From: Patescibacteria group bacterium
GTDB taxonomy: Bacteria > Patescibacteriota > Doudnabacteria > UBA920 > O2-02-FULL-48-8
Direction of reading: 5' to 3'
Length of the DNA stretch: 64,000 nucleotides
Assembly (NCBI GenBank): GCA_036278915.1
Contig: DASUKB010000001.1
Coordinates: 91,892 to 155,891 of the forward strand
The notes beneath the pieces are model-generated. The model had not been told where the DNA came from. It saw only the letters and a program-made list of their open reading frames with translations, and searched no databases. Shown in pieces: positions 28,719 through 39,364 of this stretch (position 1 is the stretch's first letter; each line of letters starts with the position of its first letter). The position numbers and the translations under genes are program-made.

Positions 28719-30400
28719 AATTTCAAAATCTCAAGGCGCTGCTGCTCTTTATTGTGTTGGTTGTGGCGTTCACATGGCCGCTTACTCCGCATATGGCCAC
28801 GCATTACCCATCCACGCTTTGGTACGAAGGCGGTGACCCCAACCTCTACATCTCTGTAATGAATCTTGTCGCGCAAAAAGCGGCTAATTGGCATTTCCAC
28901 CCCAGCCAAATGATTTATTACCCGGCCGGTATGAATTTTTTGGCCGGGTATGAGGCGCCGCTGATCTTTGTCGTGAGCACGCCTGTAATTCTGGTTTCTC
29001 ATAATCCGATATTGGCTTATAACATCATCCTCCTGCTGGCGTTTGTGCTGACCTGTTATGCGGCTTACGCTTTGATCCGGTATCTTACGAAATCGTACTT
29101 TGCGGCGTTGATTGCGGGCGGAAGTTTTGGACTTTCGCCGTATATGATGGTCCGTGGTACGCAGCATCTCGATTTGCTCCTGTTGTTTTGCGTGCCGTTT
29201 TCCATACTGCTTGGTTTTAAATTTGTCGAAAATCCGAACTGCCGCAATGCTATCCTGCTGGCGCTGTCCGTGCTCATTGCATCGCTTACGGCCTGGTATT
29301 ATCTGCTGGGGATCCTGATTTTCCTGGGGTTGCTGTTTCTTTTTAATATTCGCAAAGCCGAGCCTTACAAAAAACAATATTTATTCGCCATGATTTTGGT
29401 TTTTTTTGCCGTAGCTATTCCGGCCTTGCCAATGTTTATATACCGGAATCCGGATTCGTTTAAATACGTAAGTTATTTGGTGGATACGCGCGGCGCTGAC
29501 CCTTTGAATTTTTTTATACCACATCCATATATGCAGCCGTGGACTGGAAATATTTACAATTATTTTATCTCGCCATATGAAGCCACAAGTTATTATGGAA
29601 TTATCGGGATAATCGCGATTTTGGTGCTGGTGCTTATGCGCCGCCGAATTGTAATTCCATACCGGAGGTTATGGATCACCACGATTATTTTGTTTATCGT
29701 CATTGCCATGGGTAATTATTTTTCAGCGTTTCATCATCAGATTAAGCTGCCGTTTTATTATCTGAGCCGGTTTTTGCCCTTTGATCGTTTGCGCGCCCCA
29801 AACAGATTCTTTATATTTTCTTACCTCGGAGTTACGGTTGTATTTGGGTACTTCCTGGCATATATGCGGAATTGGTTCCAAAAGATCAGCGGGCTTGCCA
29901 TGTTTACTATTCCGCTGCTTGCATTGCTTTGTGCGGAGCGGATGATCATTCCGTATCCTGTCATACAGCTTTCAGTGCCTAAATTCTACATGGACATTGG
30001 CCAGGATAATTCCAATTATGCCATCGCTGACATACCATTCGTGGATCCAGGATTGAGTATTTATAATTTTTACCAAATCTACCACAAAAAGCCGATTGCC
30101 GACGGAGAATATTTTTGGACGGCATACAATTACGATACGTTTGATTTTGCGCGCAGCAACGCACTGCTCGTCAATTCGGTCCCGACCTTAAACGATATCC
30201 GCCCGCCCGCACCAGTGGACGCGAAGCTTGCGCTCAAGCAGCTGGCGTACGCCAATATCAAGTACGTCGTCGTGCACAATCTCATACTCCATGCGGATAA
30301 AGACGAGGCACTCACGGCTTTTATCCATAATTTTTTCCGAGACCAAAAATCAGTCTACGCCGACGGGGCGATTACAGTTTATTCCACCAGTCCAGAATAA
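28715..30400 (+). CDS. Polytopic membrane protein, GT-C-like
   Basis: FTWPL...GD, many TM helices, RAPNRF, KYVVVH. Confidence 0.65.
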   Translation: MKFQNLKALLLFIVLVVAFTWPLTPHMATHYPSTLWYEGGDPNLYISVMNLVAQKAANWHFHPSQMIYYPAGMNFLAGYEAPLIFVVSTPVILVSHNPILAYNIILLLAFVLTCYAAYALIRYLTKSYFAALIAGGSFGLSPYMMVRGTQHLDLLLLFCVPFSILLGFKFVENPNCRNAILLALSVLIASLTAWYYLLGILIFLGLLFLFNIRKAEPYKKQYLFAMILVFFAVAIPALPMFIYRNPDSFKYVSYLVDTRGADPLNFFIPHPYMQPWTGNIYNYFISPYEATSYYGIIGIIAILVLVLMRRRIVIPYRRLWITTIILFIVIAMGNYFSAFHHQIKLPFYYLSRFLPFDRLRAPNRFFIFSYLGVTVVFGYFLAYMRNWFQKISGLAMFTIPLLALLCAERMIIPYPVIQLSVPKFYMDIGQDNSNYAIADIPFVDPGLSIYNFYQIYHKKPIADGEYFWTAYNYDTFDFARSNALLVNSVPTLNDIRPPAPVDAKLALKQLAYANIKYVVVHNLILHADKDEALTAFIHNFFRDQKSVYADGAITVYSTSPE

Positions 30401-30443
30401 GCTATTGCGTGATTAATGCTTTGGCTTTACACTTAATATATAT

Positions 30444-31451
30444 ATGAAGGACGAGAAAATAGTCAACATCTCCACCATTACCGTGCTGAAAGTGCTGTTT
30501 ATCGTGCTTTTGGTGTGGTTTTTGTTTGCCATCCGCGAGATCCTATTGCTATTTATTATCGCTATCATTATCTCCGCGGCCATGGATCCGATCGCCGATT
30601 ATTTCAGCAAATGGAAAATTCCCCGTGGAATCTCCGTGCTTTTGGTTTATGTTTTGCTCCTAAGTTTGATCGGACTCATCGGTTATCTGCTAGTGCCGAC
30701 TATGGTGGACCAGTTTCAGGCTGTACAGTCTGGAAACTTCGTGAGCGCAATCCAATCCAAAATTGGCCCTTACCAGCAGACGCTGGACCGTTTCGGCGTA
30801 TCCAAGAGCTTCAACGATACCATAAATGAATTTCGCTCGGGTCTTGCCGGCAATCTCTTCCGCACCACCAAAGGCGTGGTTACGGGTATTGTCTCGTTCA
30901 TTACAATCCTTGTGATTTCTTTTTACCTCACGGCCGAAGAGGCGGGCATGAAAAATTTTATCCGGCATTTGGCGCCATACAAACACCAGACCTACATCAC
31001 GGGCTTGGTTACAAAAATTCAGCGCAAAATGGGTTATTGGCTTCTGGGACAGCTGATTTTATCCGTAGTGATTTTTGGCATTGTCTATATTGGCCTGACA
31101 GTACTTCATGTCCAGTACGCGCTGCTTTTGGCGCTCATTGCCGGAGTATTGGAAATTATCCCATACATAGGTCCGTTTATCGCGGGAGCGGTTACGGCAT
31201 TCTTTGCTTTTTTGCAAAGCCCTGGTCTGGCGCTGGCCGCAGTAATATTTTTTATAATTGTCCAGGAATTGGAAGGTCATGTGCTGGTGCCAGTCATTAT
31301 GAGCAAAAGCGTAGGTCTGAATCCGGTCATGGTCATTTTGGCAATTCTCATCGGCGGCTCTTTGGGTGGAATCACAGGCGCACTCATTGCTGTGCCGATT
31401 GCCTCTGGCGTTTCTGTTTTCGTGACGGACATCATGGAACAATACACTTAG
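30444..31451 (+). CDS. AI-2E family transporter
   Basis: IPYIGP, VQELEGHVLVP, GALIAVP. Confidence 0.92.
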   Translation: MKDEKIVNISTITVLKVLFIVLLVWFLFAIREILLLFIIAIIISAAMDPIADYFSKWKIPRGISVLLVYVLLLSLIGLIGYLLVPTMVDQFQAVQSGNFVSAIQSKIGPYQQTLDRFGVSKSFNDTINEFRSGLAGNLFRTTKGVVTGIVSFITILVISFYLTAEEAGMKNFIRHLAPYKHQTYITGLVTKIQRKMGYWLLGQLILSVVIFGIVYIGLTVLHVQYALLLALIAGVLEIIPYIGPFIAGAVTAFFAFLQSPGLALAAVIFFIIVQELEGHVLVPVIMSKSVGLNPVMVILAILIGGSLGGITGALIAVPIASGVSVFVTDIMEQYT

Positions 31452-31516
31452 ATAAAAAATTCGACCCCGGCTCTGTAAAAGAGTCGGGGTCTTTTCATTC
31501 CTCAAATCGTTAGGCT

Positions 31517-31885
31517 TCAGGCACGTTTGTCACGGATCTGGTCGCCGAGCGGAAACATCGGGGGTTTTGGCTGTTCGGGCTTCTGATCAGTCTCCTGTTT
31601 TCTCACCAGTGTGGGCAGCTCGATCTCAGCGCGCTTGCGGAAGTAATTCCCCAGATAAAAGGCGACACGGTTGCCGAGTTCTCCTTTGCGGTTGATCCGG
31701 ACCTTGACCTGAACCCGGAATGGCCCACTTGTGCGCGGCAGATTCCGAATCTCCAACAGCTGGAGATCGAACCCTTGGGAGCGCAACAGGGATTTGACAT
31801 CATGTTCCGTGACTGGCGCTTCGGGTCTGCTCGTCAGGGAAATGAGGGTAATCGGCAGGATCCTGTCCGGAAAATCGTCTGGCAT
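31517..31885 (-). CDS. Hypothetical protein
   Basis: AAGGAGG SD on the minus strand; 122 aa. Confidence 0.6.
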   Translation of the reverse strand: MPDDFPDRILPITLISLTSRPEAPVTEHDVKSLLRSQGFDLQLLEIRNLPRTSGPFRVQVKVRINRKGELGNRVAFYLGNYFRKRAEIELPTLVRKQETDQKPEQPKPPMFPLGDQIRDKRA

Positions 31886-32053
31886 TACGCATGCCTCCTT
31901 GAATGTAGGGTGATTATAACAGATTGGCCGCGTTAGGCAACTGCCAGCAAATTATGGTACAATTATTTGGCTGAAAGGGCTTTTTTATTAAGAAACCTAG
32001 CCGCCTCACCCTCTTATCCCTCTCCTAAAAGGAGAGGGAAGTTCTAAAATTGT

Positions 32054-33490
32054 ATGGATATTGAACGCAAGAAATTTTATATTACAACTCCGATTTATTA
32101 TGTGAACGACAAACCGCACATAGGACACGCCTATACGACTATAGCCGCGGATGTTTTGGCGCGCCTTCACAGAAGTTTGGGCGAAGACGTTTTTTTCCTG
32201 ACCGGGACCGACGAGCATGGAGCCAAAATTGCCGCGTCCGCCGAAAAGGCAGGCAAATCGCCACAGGAATTTGTAGATGAAATCTCAGCGAAATATTCGC
32301 TGACCTGGGACCAGCTGGGTATTGCGCCCGACAAATTTATAAGGACCACCGATCCGGAACATTTGGACGCCGTAAAAGTCTTTTTGGAAAAACTGAAAGC
32401 TTCAGGCAAATTATATGAAGGCGAATACGAAGGCCTATACTGCATCGGTCACGAAGCATTTATCAAGGAATCGGAGCTGGTGAATGGCCTTTGCCCGGAG
32501 CATAAGACCAAACCTGAATTGGTCAAGGAGCAGAATTGGTTTTTTAAACTGTCCGATTACCAAAAAATTCTTGCGGAAAAAATTGAAGATGATGATATAT
32601 TGATCCGGCCGCAAACTCGAAAAAACGAAGTTTTGTCTTTCATACGACAAGGTTTGGAAGATATCGCAATTTCTCGCCCGAACGTAAAGTGGGGGATTCC
32701 TCTTCCCTGGGACGATAAGCAAACTGTCTACGTTTGGGTGGAGGCGTTGTTCAATTACTGCTCGGCCATAGGGTACGTCTCGGATCCCGAACAGTTCCAA
32801 AAATACTGGCCCGCCGACCTGCATATGGTTGGTAAAGAAATAATTAAATTCCATTGCATCATATGGCCGGCTTTACTTCTGGCCATAAAAGAAGAATTGC
32901 CCAAAGCAATTTTTGCAAACGGGTTTTTTACGATCAACGGCGAAAAAATCAGCAAAACAATCGGCAATGTCATAGACCCTACAGATTGGGCAGCCAAATA
33001 CGGCGCGGATGCTGTGCGCTACTTCGTGCTGCGCGAAGTGCCGTTTGGTCAGGATGGCGACGTCAGCGAAGACAAACTCAAGGCTCGCTATAACGGAGAT
33101 TTGGCCAATGGTTTGGGTAATTTGTTTTCGCGCACGACAAACATGATAGAGAAATATCTGGATGGCGATGTTGAGTCTTTGCAGAAGTCGCCGAAAGATC
33201 TGAATGATGCCTGGGAGGCATTCAATTCGCTGAATTTTTCCGAAGGCTTGGCCAGAATTTGGGAAGAGATTGCCTGGGCCAACCAGCTTATTGATCGTGC
33301 TAAGCCCTGGGACTTGGCGAAAACTGACCTGGAGAAAGTCAAAGAGTTGCTGGTGAATTTGGCGTCGTTGCTTTATGATATCGCGCAAAAACTGTCGCCG
33401 ATTATGCCGGAGGCTTCAAACAAGATCCGACAGGTCCTGGAGTCCGGCGATATAAAAAAGCCCGAACCGTTGTTTGCAAAAATTGATTAG
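32054..33490 (+). CDS. metG: Methionine--tRNA ligase (short form)
   Basis: TTPIYYVN, HIGH, TGTDEHG, KISKT. Confidence 0.97.
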   Translation: MDIERKKFYITTPIYYVNDKPHIGHAYTTIAADVLARLHRSLGEDVFFLTGTDEHGAKIAASAEKAGKSPQEFVDEISAKYSLTWDQLGIAPDKFIRTTDPEHLDAVKVFLEKLKASGKLYEGEYEGLYCIGHEAFIKESELVNGLCPEHKTKPELVKEQNWFFKLSDYQKILAEKIEDDDILIRPQTRKNEVLSFIRQGLEDIAISRPNVKWGIPLPWDDKQTVYVWVEALFNYCSAIGYVSDPEQFQKYWPADLHMVGKEIIKFHCIIWPALLLAIKEELPKAIFANGFFTINGEKISKTIGNVIDPTDWAAKYGADAVRYFVLREVPFGQDGDVSEDKLKARYNGDLANGLGNLFSRTTNMIEKYLDGDVESLQKSPKDLNDAWEAFNSLNFSEGLARIWEEIAWANQLIDRAKPWDLAKTDLEKVKELLVNLASLLYDIAQKLSPIMPEASNKIRQVLESGDIKKPEPLFAKID

Positions 33491-33519
33491 ACAATCGGGT
33501 CCTGCCACGTTCGTATAGG

Positions 33520-33627
33520 GCTCGGGTCAGCATTTTTTCTCGGACACGTCCGCCTTGGCGGCGGATTAAAGTGCTCGACATTGGAAAGTCTCGCACGTTG
33601 TCCTCGAAAAATATGCCGACCCTCGCT
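33520..33627 (-). repeat. Structured ~105-nt dispersed element, copy B
   Basis: Core CGGACACG...TAAAGTGCTCGACATTGGAAAGTCTCGCACGTTGTCCTC. Confidence 0.8.
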
Positions 33628-33640
33628 AATTAAATTTTTT

Positions 33641-34396
33641 ATGCTATTTGATACCCATACACATGTAAATTTTCCGGAATTTGACGCGGATCGAGAGGAA
33701 ATTTTAACGAAAGCTCAAGCGGGCGGACTTTGGATCACCAACGTCGGCTGTGATTTTGCATCGTCCAAATCTGCGGTAGAACTTGCTGCAAAATTTGAAA
33801 AAGGAGTCCTTGCCACTGTTGGCCAGCATCCGACTGATTCCAAAGAAGAATTTGATGAAGAAAAGTACGCTCAACTTATCACACCCAAAGTTGTGGCAGT
33901 AGGCGAGTGCGGACTGGATTATTACCATGAGAAGCAGGAAGAAGGAATCCGCAAGCAAAAATCAGAATTCGTAAAGCAAATCCATTTTGCGCAAAAATTG
34001 AACTTGCCGCTCGTGATCCATTGTCGTGAGGCCTACGGTGATTTGATTGAGATTATGAAATCCGAATATAATGGTCTGGCAATTATTCATTCATTTACGG
34101 ATTCCTGGGACACAGCCAAAAAGTTTTTGGACATGGGTTACTATATTGCTCTAAACGCGATTTTGATATTTGATAAAACGGGGAAATTGCCGGAAGTGGC
34201 AAAGCTTGCGCCTTCTGATAGAATACTTATAGAAACCGACGCGCCATTTTTGTCCCCCGTGCGCGGCAGAAGGAACGAACCAAGTAATGTAGTTAAGGTT
34301 GCAGAAAAAATCGCCGAATTGCGAGGAGAAAGCTTGGAACAGGTTTCGGAATATACATTCAATAATGCGTTGAAGATTTATGGCCTACGATCATAA
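33641..34396 (+). CDS. tatD: TatD family hydrolase
   Basis: DTHTH, GECGLDY, IHCR, IHSF, ETDAPF. Confidence 0.93.
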   Translation: MLFDTHTHVNFPEFDADREEILTKAQAGGLWITNVGCDFASSKSAVELAAKFEKGVLATVGQHPTDSKEEFDEEKYAQLITPKVVAVGECGLDYYHEKQEEGIRKQKSEFVKQIHFAQKLNLPLVIHCREAYGDLIEIMKSEYNGLAIIHSFTDSWDTAKKFLDMGYYIALNAILIFDKTGKLPEVAKLAPSDRILIETDAPFLSPVRGRRNEPSNVVKVAEKIAELRGESLEQVSEYTFNNALKIYGLRS

Positions 34397-36800
34397 AGAA
34401 ATAGAAAGCAAATGGCAGGGAGCTTGGGATAAAGCAGCGAATTTTTCCCAGGACTTTTCGGATAAGCCCAAAAAATACATTTTAGTAGAATTTCCGTATC
34501 CGTCCGGGGCAGGATTGCATATGGGTCACTTGCGTTCATATGTGGCAGCGGATGTCATTTCGCGTTTTCTGCGCGCGGGCGGGTCCAACGTTATGTTTCC
34601 AATCGGCTGGGATGCGTTTGGCCTCCCGGCAGAAAATTACGCTATCAAAATGGGAGTCAAACCACAGGCATCTATTGCGGAGAATATTGGAAATTTTCGG
34701 AAACAGCTGGACGCGTTGGGTTTAAGTTTTGACTGGTCACGAGAAGTAAACACCACTGACCCCGATTATTACAAATGGACCCAGTGGATCTTTTTGCAGT
34801 TCTTCAAAGCTGGTTTAGCTTACGAAGCCACTGGGTTTATCAACTGGTGTCCCAAAGACAAAACCGGCTTGGCCAATGAGGAAGTCATAGACGGCCGGTG
34901 CGAGCGCTGCGGTACGCTGGTGGAAAAAAAGGAACTGCGCCAGTGGTATCTTAAAATCACCGCATATGCAGACAAACTGCTTGACGGGCTTAAAGATCTG
35001 GACTGGCCAGACGCGGTAAAACTCCAGCAGCAAAATTGGATTGGTAAATCTGAGGGGGCCGAAATTGATTTTAAATTGGTCTTTAAGAAAAACCCCGGCG
35101 ACAATTCTTGGGTCGATAAGGACGGAAATCCTGCTCACATAAGCGTATTCACCACGAGACCCGATACAATTTTTGGCGCAACTTATTTGGTGCTGGCACC
35201 CGAGCATCCGTGGGTTCGGCTGGCCACAGATGCGGATCACGATGCGCTCCTCAACAGAAAAAAAGTTTTGGATTTTATCGAAAGCGTCAGAAATAAACCT
35301 GAAATGGAGCGTATAGCGCAAGATCGTGAAAAATCCGGCGTGGAGCTGGAAGGGGTTACAGCTATCAATCCTGCCACAGGCAAGGAAATATCGGTTTGGA
35401 TTGCCGACTACGTCTTGGCAAATTACGGCACGGGCGCGGTCATGGCTGTGCCGGCGCATGACGAGCGTGATTTCTCATTCGCCAAAAAATACAATCTGGG
35501 AATAATCAAAGTCATAAAGCCCGACCATGAGATAGACGAGTGCTACAGCGGAGAAGGAATGCTCATCGATTCGGGTGAATTTACATCCATAAGTTCGTCC
35601 ACGGCCAAATCTGAGATGGCGGCAAAATTTGGACGGGTAAAAGTTTTCTACAAACTACGAGATTGGGTATTCTCGCGCCAGCGCTACTGGGGCGAGCCGA
35701 TTCCGCTCATTCACTGCAAGCAATGCGGCATTGTGCCCGTGCCCGACAATCAATTGCCTGTTAAATTGCCTGACGTCGATAAATACGAGCCCACCGGAAC
35801 TGGTGAGTCGCCGCTTGCATCTATTGCTGATTGGGTAAATATAAAGTGTCCGAAATGCGGGGGAGAGGCTAAACGCGAGACCAACACCATGCCCCAATGG
35901 GCGGGCAGTTCTTGGTATTGGCTGCGTTATACCGATCCCAAAGATGCCGAGCAGTTTGCGGCTAAGAAAAACCAGGAGTACTGGACCCCAGTGGACACAT
36001 ACTTCGGCGGCATGGAGCACACGACTTTGCACTTGCTGTATGCGCGTTTTTGGAATAGATTTTTATTTGACCAGGGATTTGTAAGCGCTCCCGAGCCATT
36101 TCTTAGACGCATTCCGCACGGCATCGTGCTGGCATCAGACGGCGAGAAAATGAGCAAGTCGCGCGGCAATGTCGTAAATCCCGACGATCTGATATCAAAA
36201 TTTGGCGCGGATGCCACGCGCATGTACGAAATGTTCCTTGGACCGCACGAACTTTCTGTGTCGTGGAATGAGCGGGGCATCGTGGGCGTCAAAAGATTTT
36301 TGGACAAAATCTACCGTTTCGGAGAATCCGGCGAGTTCGGCGCGGATAATGCCAAGATCCATAAATTGGTCCAAAAAATTACATCCGACATAGAGCATAT
36401 TAAATTCAATACCGCGGTGGCCGCGTTTATGGAATTTTTCAATGACTTTGGCACTATGAGCCGCGCTGATTGGGAAAAGTTTCTGAAACTTTTGTCGCCC
36501 TTCGCACCTTATATTACCGAAGAGCTCTGGCACATGCTGGGCCACACGGATTCTGTGCACACGCAACCTTGGCCGCAATACGACGAAAGCTTGATCAAGG
36601 ACGAAACAGTGGAAATCGTGATTTCGGTTAATGGCAAGAAGAGGGGAACTATAAGGCTTCCTGCGGGTCTGGAAGGCAATGACTTGAAGCAAGCCGTAGA
36701 CAGCTCGGAGCTTTACGCAAAGCTTGGTTTAAAGGATAAGAAAAAAGAAAAAATTATCACGGTTCCAGACAAATTAGTTAACTTTGTGATCAAAGAATGA
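34380..36800 (+). CDS. leuS: Leucine--tRNA ligase
   Basis: FPYPSG, HMGH, FTTRPDT editing domain, KMSKS. Confidence 0.97.
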   Translation: MAYDHKEIESKWQGAWDKAANFSQDFSDKPKKYILVEFPYPSGAGLHMGHLRSYVAADVISRFLRAGGSNVMFPIGWDAFGLPAENYAIKMGVKPQASIAENIGNFRKQLDALGLSFDWSREVNTTDPDYYKWTQWIFLQFFKAGLAYEATGFINWCPKDKTGLANEEVIDGRCERCGTLVEKKELRQWYLKITAYADKLLDGLKDLDWPDAVKLQQQNWIGKSEGAEIDFKLVFKKNPGDNSWVDKDGNPAHISVFTTRPDTIFGATYLVLAPEHPWVRLATDADHDALLNRKKVLDFIESVRNKPEMERIAQDREKSGVELEGVTAINPATGKEISVWIADYVLANYGTGAVMAVPAHDERDFSFAKKYNLGIIKVIKPDHEIDECYSGEGMLIDSGEFTSISSSTAKSEMAAKFGRVKVFYKLRDWVFSRQRYWGEPIPLIHCKQCGIVPVPDNQLPVKLPDVDKYEPTGTGESPLASIADWVNIKCPKCGGEAKRETNTMPQWAGSSWYWLRYTDPKDAEQFAAKKNQEYWTPVDTYFGGMEHTTLHLLYARFWNRFLFDQGFVSAPEPFLRRIPHGIVLASDGEKMSKSRGNVVNPDDLISKFGADATRMYEMFLGPHELSVSWNERGIVGVKRFLDKIYRFGESGEFGADNAKIHKLVQKITSDIEHIKFNTAVAAFMEFFNDFGTMSRADWEKFLKLLSPFAPYITEELWHMLGHTDSVHTQPWPQYDESLIKDETVEIVISVNGKKRGTIRLPAGLEGNDLKQAVDSSELYAKLGLKDKKKEKIITVPDKLVNFVIKE

Positions 36801-37399
36801 AATCAGGACTCAGACAAGCTCTTGAGGTTCTCAAATCGGGCGGTGTGGTGGTTTGTCCCACTGACACCGCTTATGGTATGGCGGTGGATGCCACCAATCC
36901 TTCTGCCGTCAAAAAATTATACCAACTCAAAGGCCGCGATTTCAAAAAACCCATTCATGTGATTCCTCCTACTAAGGCCTGGGTGGAAAAGTTGGTTAAA
37001 TTAAATTCTCCAGCCAAACTTCTTATCGACGAGTTAATGCCGGGTCCGATTACTCTCGTGCTGCCGCTAAAAGCCAAGGGAGAAGTTTATAAATTGTTAT
37101 CCGCCGGAACAAAGTCCTTGGGAATTCGCAGGCCAAAAAATAAAATAGCTTTAGATCTTGCCATGCTTTGCGGCAAGCCCATAACCGCCACTTCGGCCAA
37201 TGTTTCGGGTCAGCCAAATTGCTATTCGGTAGCACAAGTAAAGAAACAATTTGGGAAAAAGGCTTCAGAATTATATTTTTTGGATGCCGGGAAGCTTCCA
37301 AAAGTTGCTCCATCCACAGTTGTGGCAATCCGCGGTAAAAATGTTACAATACTCAGAGAAGGTCCAGTGTCCAAAGCGGCGATAATGAAAGCAATATGA
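36797..37399 (+). CDS. tsaC: L-threonylcarbamoyladenylate synthase (short TsaC/YrdC)
   Basis: PTDTAYG, KGR...KP, PGPITL, TSANVSG, PSTVV. Confidence 0.93.
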   Translation: MKSGLRQALEVLKSGGVVVCPTDTAYGMAVDATNPSAVKKLYQLKGRDFKKPIHVIPPTKAWVEKLVKLNSPAKLLIDELMPGPITLVLPLKAKGEVYKLLSAGTKSLGIRRPKNKIALDLAMLCGKPITATSANVSGQPNCYSVAQVKKQFGKKASELYFLDAGKLPKVAPSTVVAIRGKNVTILREGPVSKAAIMKAI

Positions 37400-38631
37400 G
37401 TTTAAAATCAAATGACCCCGAAATATATGATTTGATCGGCAAGGAACGGAAGCGCCAGGCCGATTGTTTGGAATTGATAGCATCCGAAAACTACGCCTCC
37501 GAGGAAGTTTTGGAAGCTCTGGGGTCAATCCTCAACAACAAATATGCCGAAGGCTACGCCGGCCGCAGGTATTATGCTGGCAACGAAATCATAGACCAGG
37601 TAGAGCGCCTGGCTATAGATCGCACGAAAGAAACATTTCGCCTGCCGGAGAACTGGCACGTGAATGTACAGCCCTACTCGGGCAGTCCTATGAATTTGGA
37701 AGTTTATTTTGCCTTACTTGAACCTGGTGCCACCGTGCTTTCGCTGGATCTAGCCCACGGCGGACATCTTACCCATGGTTCACGGGTAAATGCGTCGGGT
37801 AGGACATACAACTTTGTACATTACGGCGTAGATGCCAAAACCGAGCGGCTGGACTACACAGAAATTCTCAAAATCGCGGACAAGGTTAAACCCAAACTTA
37901 TAGTCTCGGGCTTTACTGCTTATCCGCGCGAAATTGACTTCAAAAAATTCCATGAAATCGCGGAAAAAGTCAATGCTGTTTCCATGGCCGACATTTCGCA
38001 CATCGCGGGTTTGGTCGCGGCAGGAGTGCACCAGTCACCGATTCCTTTTTTTGACGTCGTCACGACAACAACTCACAAAACTTTGCGCGGCCCCAGAGGT
38101 GGCATCATAATGTGCAAAGACAAGTTTGCCACGACCATAGACAAAGCTGTATTTCCGGGCATGCAGGGTGGTCCGCACGAAAACGCCATTGCTGGCATTG
38201 CGGTGGCTCTGAAGGAAGCCAATACGCCCGCGTTTCGCAAGTACGCTGAACAGATCGTAAAAAATTGCAAAGCGCTGGCTAAATCCTTGCAGGACTTCGG
38301 GTTCCGCGTGGTCTCCGGCGGCACGGACAATCATCTTATGCTTGTGGATTTGACCAACAAAAACATCGGCGGCAAAGATGCGCAAAACCTTTTGGAATCC
38401 GCAGGTATAGTGCTCAACCGCAACATGGTCCCGTTTGACAAACGCAGCCCTATGGATCCATCCGGCCTGCGCATCGGCACCGCGGCCGTCACCAGCCGCG
38501 GTATGAAAGAAAAAGAAATGAGCAAAATCGCGTCTTGGATTGCAGCTGTAATTACCGACCAGACGGTTGCACCGCAAGTGAAAGAGGAAATCAAAAGATT
38601 TACCAAAAATTTCCCAGCTCCGGGAATTTGA
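37396..38631 (+). CDS. glyA: Serine hydroxymethyltransferase
   Basis: LIASEN, NKYAEGY, GGHLTHG, TTTTHKTLRGPRGG. Confidence 0.98.
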   Translation: MSLKSNDPEIYDLIGKERKRQADCLELIASENYASEEVLEALGSILNNKYAEGYAGRRYYAGNEIIDQVERLAIDRTKETFRLPENWHVNVQPYSGSPMNLEVYFALLEPGATVLSLDLAHGGHLTHGSRVNASGRTYNFVHYGVDAKTERLDYTEILKIADKVKPKLIVSGFTAYPREIDFKKFHEIAEKVNAVSMADISHIAGLVAAGVHQSPIPFFDVVTTTTHKTLRGPRGGIIMCKDKFATTIDKAVFPGMQGGPHENAIAGIAVALKEANTPAFRKYAEQIVKNCKALAKSLQDFGFRVVSGGTDNHLMLVDLTNKNIGGKDAQNLLESAGIVLNRNMVPFDKRSPMDPSGLRIGTAAVTSRGMKEKEMSKIASWIAAVITDQTVAPQVKEEIKRFTKNFPAPGI

Positions 38632-38647
38632 GGTTATATTTAAAATT

Positions 38648-39163
38648 ATGACTTTAGATCACAATTTATTCCTAACTATCAATGGTTGGGCCGGCCATTC
38701 GGCGATACTCGATAAAATCGGCACATTTGTCGGCGGCGATTATTTTTTGTATTTGTTCGGTTTGGCGGTAATACTTTTATGGTTTAACAAAAGGCTGCGC
38801 AAAAATGTTTATTTGGCAATTGTTTCGGGCATTCTAGCGCGCGGAATTATTGCCGAGGTTCTTAAACGATTGGTGCACCGGCCAAGGCCATTCCAAGTGC
38901 TCAAGGTCCACCAACTGATTGTAGACAACGAAGCTGGAAATTCGTTTCCATCCGGGCACGCTGTGGCGTACTTTGTATTTGCGTTTGCATTCTTAGGCAC
39001 CGAATATTTCTGGCCATTTTTCGTGGCCGCATGCATCGGCTCTCTGGGCCGGGTGTTTGTGGGTGTGCATTATCCGCTGGATGTGATTGCTGGGGCAATT
39101 ATCGGAGCCGCTATTACTTGGATAATACAAAAGTCCTTTAAATATTTTTCTAAGCCAAATTAA
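38648..39163 (+). CDS. PAP2 family phosphatase
   Basis: K...RPRP, SFPSGH, RVFVGVHYPLD. Confidence 0.93.
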   Translation: MTLDHNLFLTINGWAGHSAILDKIGTFVGGDYFLYLFGLAVILLWFNKRLRKNVYLAIVSGILARGIIAEVLKRLVHRPRPFQVLKVHQLIVDNEAGNSFPSGHAVAYFVFAFAFLGTEYFWPFFVAACIGSLGRVFVGVHYPLDVIAGAIIGAAITWIIQKSFKYFSKPN

Positions 39164-39188
39164 AAAGCCCGAACTTCCGGGTTTAATT

Positions 39189-39273
39189 TGGTGGCCGAGG
39201 AGGGAGTCGAACCCTCATGAGGAAACCTCGCGCGATTTTGAGTCGCGTGCGTCTGCCATTCCGCCACTCGGCC
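39189..39273 (-). tRNA. tRNA-Leu(CAA)
   Basis: GGCCGAG/CTCGGCC acceptor stem, anticodon loop CT-CAA-AA, long variable arm, GTTCGA, encoded CCA. Confidence 0.95.
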
Positions 39274-39364
39274 ATTTGTAAACGTATTATGTAAAAAGTC
39301 CGAACAGCAGTATTTTAGCGGAAAAAACCTTTTTTGGAAAGAGCTAAGACTTTGCAAAAACACA

